This document shows positions 37,801 to 52,800 of a stretch of 64,000 bases of DNA, in pieces. A model generated the notes under the pieces. The model was not told where the DNA came from. It made no database searches and saw only the letters and a list, made by a program, of their open reading frames with translations. This stretch comes from Stegostoma tigrinum (Eukaryota), in the NCBI RefSeq assembly GCF_030684315.1, contig NC_081387.1, positions 6,738,497-6,802,496 of the forward strand, written 5' to 3'. The position numbers and the translations under genes were made by a program. How positions within the stretch are numbered: the first letter of the stretch is position 1; each line of letters starts with the position of its first letter.

Positions 37801-40800
37801 ATGCCCTCTGGCCTAAGATATATCTATGATGGTGAAAAATTCTCCTGATCTAACTTGACTATGCCTCTCATAATTTTAAAATACCTTAATCACTTAATCA
37901 GCTTCACCCCACCACCTTCCTCCCTGATTCCCCTCTGCTTCTAAAAACAAACTCTTCCCATCTCTCCTCATAATTGAGAACTTTCATTCCAGGTTGCATG
38001 TTGTTGAATGACCCCAAACCCTCTCTGGTGCAATCACATCTTTGATTGTATGATGACCAGAACTGCACATAGTATTCCATTTGTGGCATATTCATTGTTA
38101 ATAAAGTTGAAACAAACTTTTAACTTCTCAGTTGTGAATGAGGCATTGAATTATATCAGGAAGAAAGACACCGAGTTTCATTTCTGGTGAGAGATGATCG
38201 AGGTGACTTAAGTTTGTGAACTTATTCTTGCATGACAACATTTCCCTACCCCTCAGTCTAGGACACCAGGAAAAATAATACCCCTCAGTCTAGGACACCA
38301 GGAAAAATAATACATCAGAATTTCCATTACTGATCATTGGTAAATTAAGTTGTGAAAAGTTTTTGTGCACAAAGAATGCTTGAGTTCAATATTTCTCTCT
38401 TGTTTTGAAGAGACTGCAACCCATTAGTTTTCCAGATTATGTAGGAAATGACTGTATTGAGATATTTGGTTATTCATTTGAGTGATTTGTGTTGTAATGG
38501 AAATCTCTGGGTAGGATTATTCATCAACTGAACCAAGTAGAAAATAATCAGGATGCAGTTCCCACATTTACATTTACTTCTAATCACTTCCTTGAGTGTC
38601 AATGACAGGCATCAAAACTCTGATCTATTTTGTCCTCACCATACACATGCCTAAATCATTGATGTCAAATTTGTGTCAGAGGTAGCAAGTAATTGGCCGT
38701 ATCCAACAAGGTAGAAGCTACCTACCTCACCTTTGACATTCAATGGCATCGCCATTGTTGAACCTCCAATTATCAATAGCCCAAACAATACTATGAACCA
38801 GGAATGCACCTGAATTAACTGCAGACACGATGGCCATAACAACAGGTTAGATGCTTGGCATTCTGTGGTAGAAGCACACTGCCCGTCTACAAATGCCTTT
38901 CTAACATCTACAAGGCATACAAGAAGAGAGTGGTGGAATGCTCTGCATTTGCCTGGATGAGTCTAGCTCCAGTAGAAGCTGGACATCATCCAGGATACCA
39001 TTTCTCACTTGATTGGCACTACATCTACCACCTTTAAACACAAATTCCTTCAATCATAAATGTAGAGTGGCAGTGGCGTGAACATTTACAAATCTCATGA
39101 CAGCAACTCATCAATACAGAGAGTGGTGGTAGGGGGGGTGCTTTTCAGACTGGAGGTCTGTCACCAGTGTTGTTCCACAGGGATCAATTCTGGATTCTGT
39201 TTGTTTGTCATTGCTATAAATAATTTGTATGACAATATCAAAGGCATGGTTAGCAAGTTTGCAGACAGCATCAAATTCAGTGGCATAGCAGATAGTGAAG
39301 AAGGTTTTCTAAGAATACAAAGGAATCTTGATGAAATAGTGCAATGAGCTGAAAAATGGCAGATGGAGTTCAATTTGGATGAATGCAAGATATTGCATTT
39401 TAGTGGAAAAACAGGGACAGGACCTATACAATTAATGGTAGACTCTTGGGTATTGTTGCAGAACAGAGGGACATAGAGGTTCAGGTATGTAATGCTTTGA
39501 AGTTTGTGTCACATATCGACAAGGTGGCTGGAAAGGCGTTTAGCATGCTTACCTTCATTTATGAGTCCTTTGAGTATTGGAGTTGGTAAATCACGTTGAT
39601 GTTGCACAGGACATTGGTGAGGCCCCTTCTGTGGTACTGTGTCCAATACTACAATAGGACAGATATTATTAGGCTGGAAAGGATTCAAAAGAGATTTATC
39701 AGGATGTGGTTGGGAAGGTAAGGTATCAGTTATAAAGACAGGCTGGATAGATTTTTTTCACGAGTGTACAAAGTTGAGACGTGATGTTATAGATGTTTAT
39801 AAATCATGAGGGGTATTGATAAGTTAATAGTGGGTGTCTTTTCTGTATGATGGGGGATTTCAAAACTGAGGGTATATTTTTAAGGTGAGAGGAGAGAGAT
39901 TTTAAAAAAAAGACACAAGGGGCAAAATGTTTTTACAAAGAGGGTGGTTTGCATGTGGAATGAACTTCTTGAGGAAGTGGTGGATGTGCCAGGCACAGGC
40001 AGGCAGGACGAGCTCAGTTTGGGATTATGTTTGGTGTCAACTGGTTTGACCAAAAGAACTGTTTCTGTGCTGTATGACTCTAAGGTTCTATAAGCCTCCT
40101 CTGACAGTACCTTTGAAGCCCACAAACTTGGCTGTCCTGTTTGCAAAGGCTAAGGAAGCAGACACTTGGAAAGGCCATTGCCTGCCTGTTCCTGTCTATG
40201 CCGTACACCGTCTAACCTATACTGCCATTCCTTTGTTGTCACTCGATCAAATTTCGTTAGCTGCTTTCAACAGCGCACATTATCATAAAATAGGATTTTT
40301 GGAATATATTTCTCAAATTTCTTCTTAATGTATACAGTTTATTTCTCAGGCTCTTTGTGCCTATATTGATTGAACAATATAGGCACAAAGTAAGGACTTT
40401 TATTTTCAATGTAATGTGTTATGATTGGCTTATCATTTCAAGTCTTTCAGTAAGCTGCAATCAGCTGTGAGGAAGGGTCACTGGACTTAAAATATTTAAC
40501 TTTGTTTTCTCTTCACAGATGCTGCCAGACCCACTGAGTTTCACCAGCAATTTCTGGTTTAGTTTCAGAACTCCAGACTCTGAAATTTGTTGTTTTGTTT
40601 TAGTTTTGTGATATTTTCAGTGTTTGATTTGCCAATAGTGAGGATTTTTTTTCTTTTTCTCTTCTAGACTCTCATTCTCTGCTGTTTCAGTACACCTTAA
40701 ATCATGGGAGACCTGATTTACCAGAGTATAGTGTCCTGGGGATTTTGGATGGCTGCGAGATATACTATTTTGACAGCAATATGAAAATAACCGTTCCAAG

Positions 40801-43800
40801 GCAAAAATGGATGGCGGAAGCATTTGACAAGACTTACTGGGAACAGTGCACTATCACTAATGCTGGCTTCCATGGCATCATTAAGGGACAGGCTGATGAA
40901 TGGCTCCAGAAAGAAAACCAAACATCAAGTGAGTTTATTCATTTGAAGTGAAGGCAGTGAATGACAGGTGATTTTATGTTGGATGGGAACTGTGCAACAG
41001 GAGTGTTGAACCATTCTGCTATCTGCTAGACCTTTCCTGCCAATGTCATTTGATTTTCCTTTACTCTTTCCCTTTTGTTTTTTATAAATTGCCCTGTGTT
41101 TGTGCACCACAGGCTGAGCTGCATTTACTGCATGTGCCTAGTTGCCCTGGGAAAGTGGTGGTGAGCTGTGTTATTGAGTCACTGCAGCGTATGTGTTCTA
41201 GCTGGATGCAAAATGTCCTTGGAGAGGGAACGATAGGACTTTGATCCAGTGGCAGTGAAGAAACAGTGATATATTTCCAAGTCAGGATGGTGAGTAGCTT
41301 GGAGGAGAGCTTGCAGATGTGGCTGTTTCCTTGTATCTGCTGCCCTTGTCCTCGAGGGTAGCAGTGGTTGGCAGTTTGGAAGTTGCTGTCTGAGGATCTT
41401 TGGTGAATTTCCGTGGTGCATCTTGTGATTGTAGCAGTGTGTACTGAGTGTCAATGGTGGAAGCGGTGGTTACTTCTGGATGTGTTGCCAAACACATGGG
41501 CTGCCTAGTCCTGATGGTGTCAAGATGTTTTTTTTGTATTGCTGAAGCTGCACCCACCTAGGGAGCGTATTCCATCATACTCCTGACTTGACTATGTTAG
41601 ATGATGGAAATGCTTCGGGAATTCAGCAGGTGAGTTACTTGCTGCAGTATGCTTTACCTCTGATCTGTTATTGGAGCCACTGTATTTATATGGTGAGTCC
41701 AGTTGGTTTTCTTGTCAATGGTACTTGCTAGGTGATAAAGAATGGGAGATTCAGTGATGATGACAGCATTGAGTATCAAGGGATGGTGGCTATATGGTCT
41801 CTTATTGGAGATGTTCATTACCTGGCATTTGTGTGGTACAAATGTTACTTGCCAATCATCAGCTCAAGCCTGGATATAGGTCAGATCTTGTTACATTTTA
41901 ACATGTATTGGTTTCTCATCAGAGGAGTCTCGAATGGTGCTGAACATTGCACAATCATCAGCGTACATTCCCACTTCTGATCTTGTGATGGAGCGAAGGT
42001 CATTGATGAAGCAGCTGAAGATGTTTGGACCTTGAACATTACCCTGAGGAACTCCTGCAGAGATATTCTGTAGCTGAGATCACTAACCTCCAACAAGAAT
42101 GGCACAGTGGTTAGAGATATGCAGTAGCTCAGTGGTTGGCACTGCTGCCTCAGTACTAGAGACCCATGTTTGATTCCACCCTCGGGTGACTGACTGGAGT
42201 TTGTGCATTGCCATTATGCCTGCGTGGGTTTCCTTTGGAAGCTCCAGTTTCCTCCCATATTCCAAACATGTGCAGGTTGGGTGTTCGCCATGGAAAATGT
42301 GGGTTACAGGGCCAAGGTAAGGGGATGGGTCTGAGTGGGATACTCTTGGGAGGGTGATGGGCGAATAGCCTGTTTCCACACGGTGGGCATTCTATGGCCT
42401 ATGATTTAAAGAACAGCTACCTTCCTTTCTGTAAGTTATGACTCCAATCAGCGAAGAGATTTCCCACTGATTCCAATTGTTCTAGACATCCTTGATTTCA
42501 TGCTCGGTCAATCTCACCTCTGGAAATGTCCATGTTTCAGCCAAGGCTGTAATGAGTTCAGAAACCAAGTGGCCCTGGTGGAATGCAAACTGGGCATCAC
42601 TAAACAGATTATTGCTGAACATGTGCTGCTTGATAACCCTGCCAGAGATATCTTCCATCAATGATTGAGGGTAGACTGATGGGGGTGGGATTTGATTGCG
42701 TTGGATTTGTCCTGCTTTTGTGTACAAGACATACTGGGCAATTTTCCGTAGTGTCAGGGGATGCCAGTGTTGCAGCTATGCTGGGACAGCTTGACTAAGG
42801 GAGCAGCACAAGTCTCTGGGCCACAAGTCTCCAATATTATTTCAGAATGTTGTCAGGGCCTAGAGTCTTAATAGTATCCAGTACTTCCAACCTTTTACTG
42901 GTATCACTTGGAGAGAAATAAATTGGCTGAAGACTGAAATCTGTAATGATGGGAATCACCAGATGAGACCAAGATGTATGATCTACTCGGGACTTCTGGT
43001 CAACGACTGTTGTGAATGCTCCAAGTTTATCTTTTTGCACTGGCATGTTGGGCTTACCTGTCACTGAGGATGGGATATTTTGGTGCCTTCTTTCTCCAGT
43101 CAGTTATTTAATTGTTTACCACCATTAGCAACTGGACGTGGCAGGACTGCAGATCTTAGATCTGATCAATTGGTGTGGGACTGCTTAGCTGTGGATATCA
43201 GCTTATGCTGTTTGGCATGCAAGTAGCACTATTTGGTAATGTCACCACATTGACAGCTCATTTTTAGGTGTGCCTGGTGCTTCTCCTGGCATGCCTTCCT
43301 GCATTCTCCATTGAACTAGAGGTAACCCCTGGCTTAGTGACTATAGTCGAGTGAGGGATATTGCAAGCCATGAGGTTGCAGACTGTTTTGGAGCACAGTT
43401 CTGCTGCTGTTGATTACCCACACTGCCTCACGGAAGCCCAGTCTTGAGTCACTTAATCTATTCAAAACCTGACCCAATTTGCATGATTGTCATGCCACAC
43501 CACATGATGGAGTGTATTATTAACGTGAAAGGGAGACATTATCTCCAAGAGGACTGTACGGCGGTCACTCTTTCTGGAACTGTCATGGACAGATGCACCT
43601 GCAGCTAGCAGATTGGTAAGGATAAGATCAAATATGTTTCTCCCTTTTTGTTGGTTGCCTTACCCCATGCCATAGACCCTGTCTGACAGTGATGTCCTTT
43701 CGGACCCAACCAGCTTGATCAGTAGTCGTACTACTGAGCCACTGTGGGTGGTGGACATTGAAATCGGGCACCCAAGTGCATTCTGTGCCCTTGCCACCCT

Positions 43801-46800
43801 CTGATTCTTCCAGGTGCTTTCAACATGGAGGAGCATATGACTGTATACCACTGTGCTGTCATCTTTACTGGCTCTGCCCTGCTGGTGGGAAAGTACCTAT
43901 CCAGGGATGATGGAGGTGTTGTTGGTTTCATTGTTTAAAAGGTATGATTCCATGAGTATGACTATGTCTAGTATGACTAGTGAGAGACAGCTGACCCAAT
44001 TTTAGCACAAACTCCCGACTTAGTAGCGAGGACTTTGCAATGCTGACAGGTCTGTTTTTGCCATTGTCATTTCCGGTCCTTAGGTTGATGCTCCAGCCTG
44101 TTGCATTTCTTTATTATTATGTTACTACAGTAATTTATTGTTATGTGTTCATGAAAATGTGTATAAGCTGCCACCATTAATCCAGCACTATCTTAATTGT
44201 ATACACTATAAAAGAGAAACAATGCAAACAAAGTGAAGAAAAATTCCACTTTTTGCTCCAACCATGGATTCTTGATTTCATAAGTAGCTATGAGTTATGC
44301 CTTCCTCAACATCCAGCAAAGTTGGCCCTGAGGCCGCAACACTGAGGAGGAAGCGTGCTGAAGCAGCGTGCACAGTCGCCAACCAGACCCAGGATGTCAC
44401 CTCTACCAAAGCTGCCTCATGGCTACCGATACTGCACCTGCCACCAGACATGGAGGCTGTCCCAAATCTTGAGGATTGGGGCCCATTCTCAACTTCCAAG
44501 GACCGAAGGACCATCCAAGTGAACTCCTGAGGATTGAGCGATAGTTCACTCTGCCTCTGAAACTCCAACGGAGAAGAACTAACCCCAAGCCATCAAGGGT
44601 TCGACAGTTGCTCAAGCCACAATTGCCATGGCCATGAAGAATGGACTGGATCAGCTGCTCAGCCGCTATCCCCAACCTCTCCTCACCACTACAGCCAGAG
44701 ACAGAAGACAAAATGAATTTGATTCAACAGTCAAATGAAGTAAAGTTAAAACTTTTGCAAGAAGGTGCAGTTGGTCATGTGAATAGAGGAGGTAGGAGCT
44801 TGAACACCTGTCCTAGCACCCCCATCTTCTTTGTTGAGACTTCATAGTGATTGATTACTCCCAAATGGCTTCCTGGGCCATTTCAGAGGGCTGTTGAGGG
44901 TCAACCACATTACTGTGGGTCTGGAGTCACGTGTAGGCCAGACCAGGTGGTGAGAGTTTTATCTCCTTCCCTGAAAATGTTAGTGAATAGGTGGGTTTTT
45001 CATGAATTGACAGTGACTTCCTGATATTTTGGTTGAATTCAAATTCAAACATCTGCCTTGCATACCCAGAACATTAGCTGCACTTGTGGATTAATAGTCT
45101 AAAGAAACTATCATTCCTCCTCCTCACGTTTGCAACTCAAACTGTCGCTGAATAGGGTGCATGGCTGTCTGATTGTGCTCACTGATTTTTCAACTTGGTT
45201 GAATTGGAACTTAGCTACCAGGAGACATTTTAATTTTAACATCAGGGAAATATGGACAGCAGATTGCAGCATTACACCTGAAACAATAAATGGATATATG
45301 GGACTCTGGCCTAAAGAAAACCTCAGATGCTCTTTTATAATCCTGCAAGTGGTTTGAGAAACTAAGCAAGAATACTTGCTGCAGAGGAGTGATCCAATTG
45401 GAAGGAGGCACTGTATTGTAGTTGTGAAGTCAAATGTATTTTCACAGAAATAGATGAATTCAAATGTTTAATAAAATTAGATAAAATCAGAGACTGGGTA
45501 TTTCCCAGGGTCAGCTGATTATTAATAAGGGACATGCCTGACACTTGAGAGTACCAGTGAAAATCTGGATTATTTTAAGAAAATTCTCCCAAGTATCAAT
45601 TGTATGATTACTAAAACTATTGTTGCAACACTATTAAGAACTGAACATAATGCATGCATTCATTTAGCAGAGGAAAATCACTGCAGACAGCAGTTTTGAG
45701 CCCAACTATGCAATGTAATACATGGAGGAAACCATTGAACCAGTCCTGCTCCTCCATCAATGAGATTATGAATGAGCTGGTTGTGGCTTTAACTGCACTT
45801 GTCTTTCAAGTGCTACATCCACCCCCATCCTCGCATTCCATCTCAAACCCCCGCTCCCACCTCCTGCCTTTCCGTACCCTTGGGCTCTCTGTGATGGCAA
45901 ATGTTAAAGCTCTCGCTGTTGTGCTGTACTTCTATCATCCTGTGTAATAATGCTTGTACACTTGTTTAATGTACTGCTGGATATGAAGGATCAAATGAGA
46001 AACCAAAATTGTCAGATTTGTTTTGATCAGATGCAATGAATATTTAAGGGCTCATTGACTGAATTAATGTTTAGGTACCCATTACCTGCAAGGACTGTTT
46101 GGCTGTGAGCTGCATGATGCCAATCCGAATGAAGGGATTTTGAAGTTTGCGTTTGATGGCAGATACATCCTCAGTTTTGATAAAGATACATTGGTGTGGA
46201 TTATACATGATAAGTTTGCAAAAGAATTCAAAGAGAAATGGGATAAGGAAACAAAGATGAACCATTATTTCAAGAGCCTGTTAGAAAATGACTGTCCAGA
46301 TCTATGGAAGACGTACTATTCAATTGGAAATGCCTCTTTAAGCAGAAAAAGTAAGTCAATAAAAATATGATTGTAGATTTGCTTGTTGGTGTGCAAGGCA
46401 TTGGCTTACATGCGAGAACTGTAAACACATACATTTTAACTAGTGGCTAATTCAGTTTTAGAAAAGGAGGAAAAGCGAAATGTAATTTCCTTGACTCCAA
46501 TAATGCACTGTGTGATTTGTGTGGACGTTGAAATAATTATCTTTCTTTCATACAGCTCCCCCTGAGGTCTCCATTATTGCCAAGAGTGGCAGCTACTCTT
46601 TTCTACAATGCATTGTGATTGGATTTTACCCACAGCCCATCAACGTGACCTGGTTGAAGAATGGAAAACCTGCTCATGAGACAAACTCTACTGGGTTATT
46701 GCCCAATGAAGATGGGACGTTCCAACTAAAGACAACCCTCCAATTCGACCCATATGATGGCAGCCAATATGCCTGTCATATTGAGCACATCAGCTTCCCA

Positions 46801-49800
46801 GGCGGAAAGACTGTCCTTTGGGGTAAGCACTATTGCTGGATCCTCCTTCAACTAATGATTATTGTGTTGCCCACAGACCCCAAAGCAATCGGATCTCTGA
46901 AAGCTGATCAGAGCGCGGTCAACTCTGCTTCTCCTACAAATCTTCAAAATTTTTCATTTAGGCTCTGGTAAGTAACCATAGAACTTCCTAAACGAAATAA
47001 ATCCTGAGCAACTCCTGTGTTTCTCCCTCAACCCCATTAATTGTTAGTCCATTCTGTTTGGAAGAATAACAATTCCATATTATCTGAATCATGAAATACA
47101 GAGGGATCCAGGTATCCTAGTGCATGAATCACAAAGGATTAGTATGCAGATGCAGTAAGTTATTAGGAAAGCTAACGGAACATTTTCATTTATTGCAAAG
47201 GTGATTAAATGCAAAATTGAGGAGGTTGGCCTTTAGTTATTGCAGTTCAGATTACTAAAGGAAGTTGCTCAGAAACTATTAGATGTATTGGTGGTCACCT
47301 TCCAAAATTCAATTGACTCTGAAACAGATCCGACAGATGGGAGAGTGTCAAATGTAACCTCATGACTTAAAGAGAGGGGAAAGAAAGAACAGAATTGGAG
47401 ACCAATTAAGCTAACGTCAGGAGTGGGTAAAATGTTGGAATCTGTTATTAAAAATGAGTAAAGAACATAAAAGCATGAACAGGATTGCAAAAAGGTAGTA
47501 TGAGTTTATGAAATGCAAATTATATTTAACAGATCTGCTGGAGTTTTTTGAGGATGTAATTAGTAGAATAGATCAGCAAGCAATCGGGTGTATTTGGATT
47601 TTGAGAAAGCTTTTGATAAGAAGTAGGTAAGTTTGTTTAGATTATGAGATGGGGGTAGGGCTAATATTGAGCCATAGAGCTGCAAAGCACGGAAGCAGAT
47701 CCTTTGGTCCCTCTCGTCCATGCCAACCAAATATTCCAATTAATCCATTTGCCAGAATTTGGCCGATCTCCCTCTCAAACCCTTCCTATTCGGGTACCCA
47801 TATAGATGCCTCTCTAAATGTTGTAATCATACCAGCCTCTGGCAGTTCATTCTATGCACACACAGCCGTCTGTGAAAAGAATTGCCCCTTACATCCCTTT
47901 TATATCTTTCCCCCTGCTCATTAAACCTGTGCTGTCAGGTTTTGGAACTCCCCTACACTGGGAAAAGATCCTATACTATTTATACTATCCATGTCCCTTA
48001 TGATTTTATAAACCTCAAAGGTTACCCTTCAGCCTCTGATATTCAAGTGAAAATAGCCCTCGCCTCCCCATAGCTCAAACTCTCCAACCCCAGCAAGATC
48101 CTTTGTAAAAGTTTTCTGTGCACTTTCAAGTTTAACTGCATCTTTTCTACAGCAAGGAGACCAGAACTGAATTCAGTATTCTAAGGCTGGCCTAACCAAT
48201 GTCCTGTACAGCCACCAACATGACCTCCTAACTCCCATTCTCAATTCTCTGTTCAATAAAGGCACATACCAAATTCCCTCTTCAATACACTCTCTACTCC
48301 TGACTACACCTTCAAGGAAGTATGAATGTGCACCCCAAGGTCTCTTTGTTTGGTAACACTTCGCAGGACACGACCATTTAGTGTGTAATTCCTGCTCTGA
48401 TTTTCCTTACAAAAAATCAGAAATCCAACATTTATGTCAATTAAATTCCATCGACCACTTCTCAGTCCACCGCTCATCTGATCAAGCCCTGTTGTCCTCT
48501 GAGGTAATCTTCCTCATTGTCCAGCACACCACCAATTTTGGTGTCGTCTGAAAATTCACTAACAATTCGTCCTAAAATCTCATCCAAATCATTTACATAA
48601 ATGACAAAAAGCAGTGGACCCAGCACCAAGTCATTTGGCACACCACATGTCACAGGCCTCCAGTCCAAAATAAAACAGCCATTTACCACCACCTTCTGTC
48701 TCCTACTTTCGAGCCAATTTTGTATCCAAATTTGCGAGCACTCCCTGACTCCACGTGACCTAACTTTGCTAACCAATCTCCCAGGCTAAACCTTGTCAAA
48801 TGCCTTGCTGAAGTCCATATGGACTATGTCCACCCCTCTGCCTTCGTCAGTCTTCTTTGCTGCATGTTCAAAATACACAATCAAGTTAGTGAGACACGAT
48901 TGCCCACGCAAAGTCATGTTGACTATCTTTACCCAGTCCTTGCCTTTCCAAATATATATAAATCCTATCCCTCAGAATCCCCTGCTACAGTTTTCCCATG
49001 ACTGACTTCAGGCTCACCAGTCTATAGCTCCCTGGCTTTTCCTTACCACCTTTCTTCAGTAATGGTACCACATTAGCCACCATACAACCTTCTGGCACTT
49101 CACCTGTGGCAACTGATGATACAAATATCTCAGCAAGGGGCCCAACAATCACTTCCTAGCTTCTCACAAAATTCTGGGATACATTTGATGAGTTCCTGGG
49201 GATTTATTCACCTTAATGTGTTTCACCTTCACTGTAATAATGACACTTTTTCCATGCGATCACATTTGTGTCTCCAAGTTCTTTAGCTTCCATATCTTTC
49301 TCCACAGTAAACACTGAAATGAAACAGTTGTTTATTATCTCACCCATCTGCTGCGGTTTCACACATAGACAGTCTTGATATTCTCTAAGGGACCCCATTC
49401 TCTCCCTCGTTACTCTTTTGCCCTTAATGTATTTGTGGAATCTGTTTGGATTCTCCTTAACCTTATTGTCAAAGCTATCTCATATCTCCCTTTTTCCCTC
49501 CTGATTTCCCCCTTGAGTATACTCCTACTGCCCTTATACTCATCGAGGAATTCATTTGATCCTTGCTGTCAAAACTAACCATATTCCTCTTTTTCTTGAC
49601 CAGAGTATTAATTTCCCTAGTCATCCACCATTCCCTGCACCTACCAGCCCTGCTCTTCACATTAACAGAAACATTCTGACTGTGAACTTTCATTACCTCA
49701 GTTTGGAAGGCTTCCCCCTTTCCACCTGCCCTTTCACCTGAGAATAACCTCGCCCGGTAAGCTTTTGAAAGTTCTTGCCGAACACCATCATAATTGGCCT

Positions 49801-52800
49801 TATTCCAAATTGGCAATGATTAGGAATTAGTTGATAGAAAGGAAACACAGTGTGAAAAAATGGGTCTTGTTTGCTGAATAGAAGACATTGATTCACGTAG
49901 TGTAGCAAGGCTCGGTACTCAGCCTCAGTTATTCACTATATATTAAAGATCTGGATGAGCGAAACGAATGCGTCATTTCCAAGTTTGTTGCCAATGCAAA
50001 ATTGGATGGGATTGTGAGTTGTGAGGAAGATGCAAAGAGGTGTCAAGGTTATTTAGACAAGTTGAGTGAACAAAGCACATGACCAATGTATAAATGTGAT
50101 AAATGTGACGTCAGTGTGAAAAACCGAAAGAAAAGTAGTACTTAAATGGTATATTGGGAAGAGTGGATGTAAGAGAGGATTTGGGTGTCTGACACAGCTA
50201 TCAATGAAAATAGGCAGGTGCAAGAGGCAAAAGCAAATGCTTCATTGCAAAAGGATTTGATTTCAGAAGTTGTGACGTTCTGTTGCAATTATGATGTGGA
50301 GATGCCAGTGTTGGACTGGGATGGACAAGGACAGAAATCACGTGACACCAGGTGAAAGTCCAGCAGGTTTACTTGAAAACACCTTCAAATAAATCTGTTG
50401 GACTATAGCCCACTACAGTTATACACGGCATTGGTGAAGCCAAACCTGGGCTTTGCATGCAATTTTGGTCTCCCTACCTATGAAAGGATATATTTGCCAT
50501 AGAGAGAATGCAGTGGAAATTTACTCAGCTGATATTGGGGAATGTCAGGACTGCCATTGGTGGTTTGACTAGGCATGCAGAATAAAGAACGAGAGGAGAT
50601 CTTATTAAAAACATAAAATTTTAACAGGCCTGAAATGACTGGATAATTTATTCTAGATGGAGAGTTTCCAACCGATGGACACAATCTGAGGATAAAGGGT
50701 ACACCATTTCGGACTGATTTGGGGAAACATTTCTTCACTCAAGGGGACCTGAACCTGTGGAACCCTCCATTACAAAAGGCTGTGGAGAGCAGTCACTGAA
50801 TATACTCAATAAAGAAAGAGAGGCATTTTTAGATTTCGAAAGGATCAAGGGGTTTGGGAAGAATGCAGGAATCTGGCAGAGAACAGGCATCTTCACATTT
50901 CAGAGTGGAACATGCTGAAAGAGTTCAATGACATATTCCTGCACATAGTGCGTAGTATCCAGGCCACAGGAGAAACCACACTTTGGAAACTGCACATTTA
51001 CGGGTCATGTTATTTATGGAAGGATGTAAATGGGTTGGTGACAGTTGAAATAAGATTTCCCTGACCAACACCTGGAATAAGTCCAAATAAAAGCAAAATA
51101 CCGTGGATGCTTCAAATCCTAATATTTATATTTTAACTGCTGGAGAAACTCAGCAGTTCTACCGGAATCTGTGGAAAGAGTAAGAATGTTAACATTGAGT
51201 CTAGTGGCTCTTCCTTAGAACCAAATTGATTGTTTTTGTGCATGTTGATAAAAGTGGGCATAGAGAAAAGTTGAACAGATGGTAAAGGGTGATTGTATCA
51301 AAAGACAAGGTGAGTGCTTATGGTAGTAAAGGAGTGATTGAAGTGCGATATAGACATTGGATAGGAGAAAATAATTTGCACCTCTGAGTCACATCCAGCA
51401 AGACACAAACAGGGGGAATGTGGTTGGGTGATGTGATCAAAATGAAGGACAGTGTTTATGCTCTGAAGTTATTGAACTCAATTTGAATCCTGAATGCCGT
51501 AAAATGCCTGAGTGTAGAATAAAATGCTGCCCCTCCAGCTCACATTGAGCTTCAATGGAACAAAGCAGGCCTCTCATTGAAATGTTATCTTGGGAGCAAG
51601 ATCATTTATTGATTTGACTGATTTCTCCACCAATGCTGTGACATTAGAGGAGTCTCTTTAACATGTCTGGAAATAAATGGAGTGTCTCATTGAGATCAGT
51701 TGAACAGAGTCGTCTCGTATCTTCTGCACGTTAAAAGAGTAAGTGATGATGTGATTGCAACATATATAAGGTCCTATCAGATCATGATAAGTTTGATTTG
51801 GAGCATATGTTCCCTTTTCTGAGGAATTGAGATCTAGAGCTCACTGTTTTGGAAAATAAGACATCAACAATTTAACATGAGGTAAATTTATTTTTCTCTT
51901 GGACGGTCACAAGTGTTTGGTATTCTCTTCCTGAAAAGGTAGTGGAACAGAGTCCTTGAATATTTTTACGGCAGGGATGGTTAGATTCTTGTTCAGCCAG
52001 GGACAGAAAAGTTATCATACTGAGCCATTGTGCTGATTTCTCATTGCAGTCAGATAAGCTATGATCTTGTTCAGCAGTGGAGAACGTTCAAATGACTGGC
52101 ATACTGCTGCACCTTCTTGATAGGTTCTGATTCAACAAGCAGATTGTGTCATCTGTTGACCTTCTCTCACGCAGTGTGAACATTTCAGAGTTTGCAGATG
52201 TGCCCATTGCACAGAGAAGTGCGTGTCATTCATTTGAGTTGAGAAGCTTTTTTTGGCCGATAAAATTGTACCTCCTCCTCCATTTCTGTGTCCCTTCATT
52301 TGTTGCTTCCCCTCTTTTTGTTTCTTTTTCCTTTTCTGGCCTTATCCTCCCCATCTTCTTCTTTTAATTTCTACCCTCAGACTTATTCTCCCTTCCCCCT
52401 CCCTTGTTTCTAAGTACAGTAATAAATTGTGTACTTCATGTCATGGGAATAGAAATCATATTAAACATTCCCATTACTTGAGCAATGTTATGACTATATG
52501 ATTATGTATGTCATTGACCTTCCATTCAAAATTTTAAAATCAAAAGTGCTGTATAATATTTTTCAGAAGGAAAAGTGAAGAACAGCAAAAATGTGGGGCT
52601 GATTGTCTTGGGTGTACTGGTGTCACTGGCAATTATTCTTATCATATTTATATGGTGGAGGAGACAAAGAGGTAGGCAAGTTTTTCTTTAATGTATCACA
52701 GAGTAACTTTGCAAAAAATATTTTCTCACCCATGTGCATGATTATGCTTGATTTTACAACATTCAGAAATGGTAGTGACGGTGGCTCAGTAGGTAGCACT

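Noticed and set aside
38247-38313. 32-bp direct repeat resembling a CRISPR repeat in length
   Set aside because: Only two abutting copies with no spacer, no cas genes and a eukaryotic context
44278-44711. GC-richer block with overlapping ORFs in class I intron 2
   Set aside because: No recognisable domain or splice context; probably a transposon fragment I cannot classify
46823-46971. Hydrophobic read-through after alpha3 (KHYCWILLQLMIIVLP) as a possible TM segment
   Set aside because: A strong gtaag donor at 46823 and a proper TM exon at 52567 explain the gene; intron retention is unsupported
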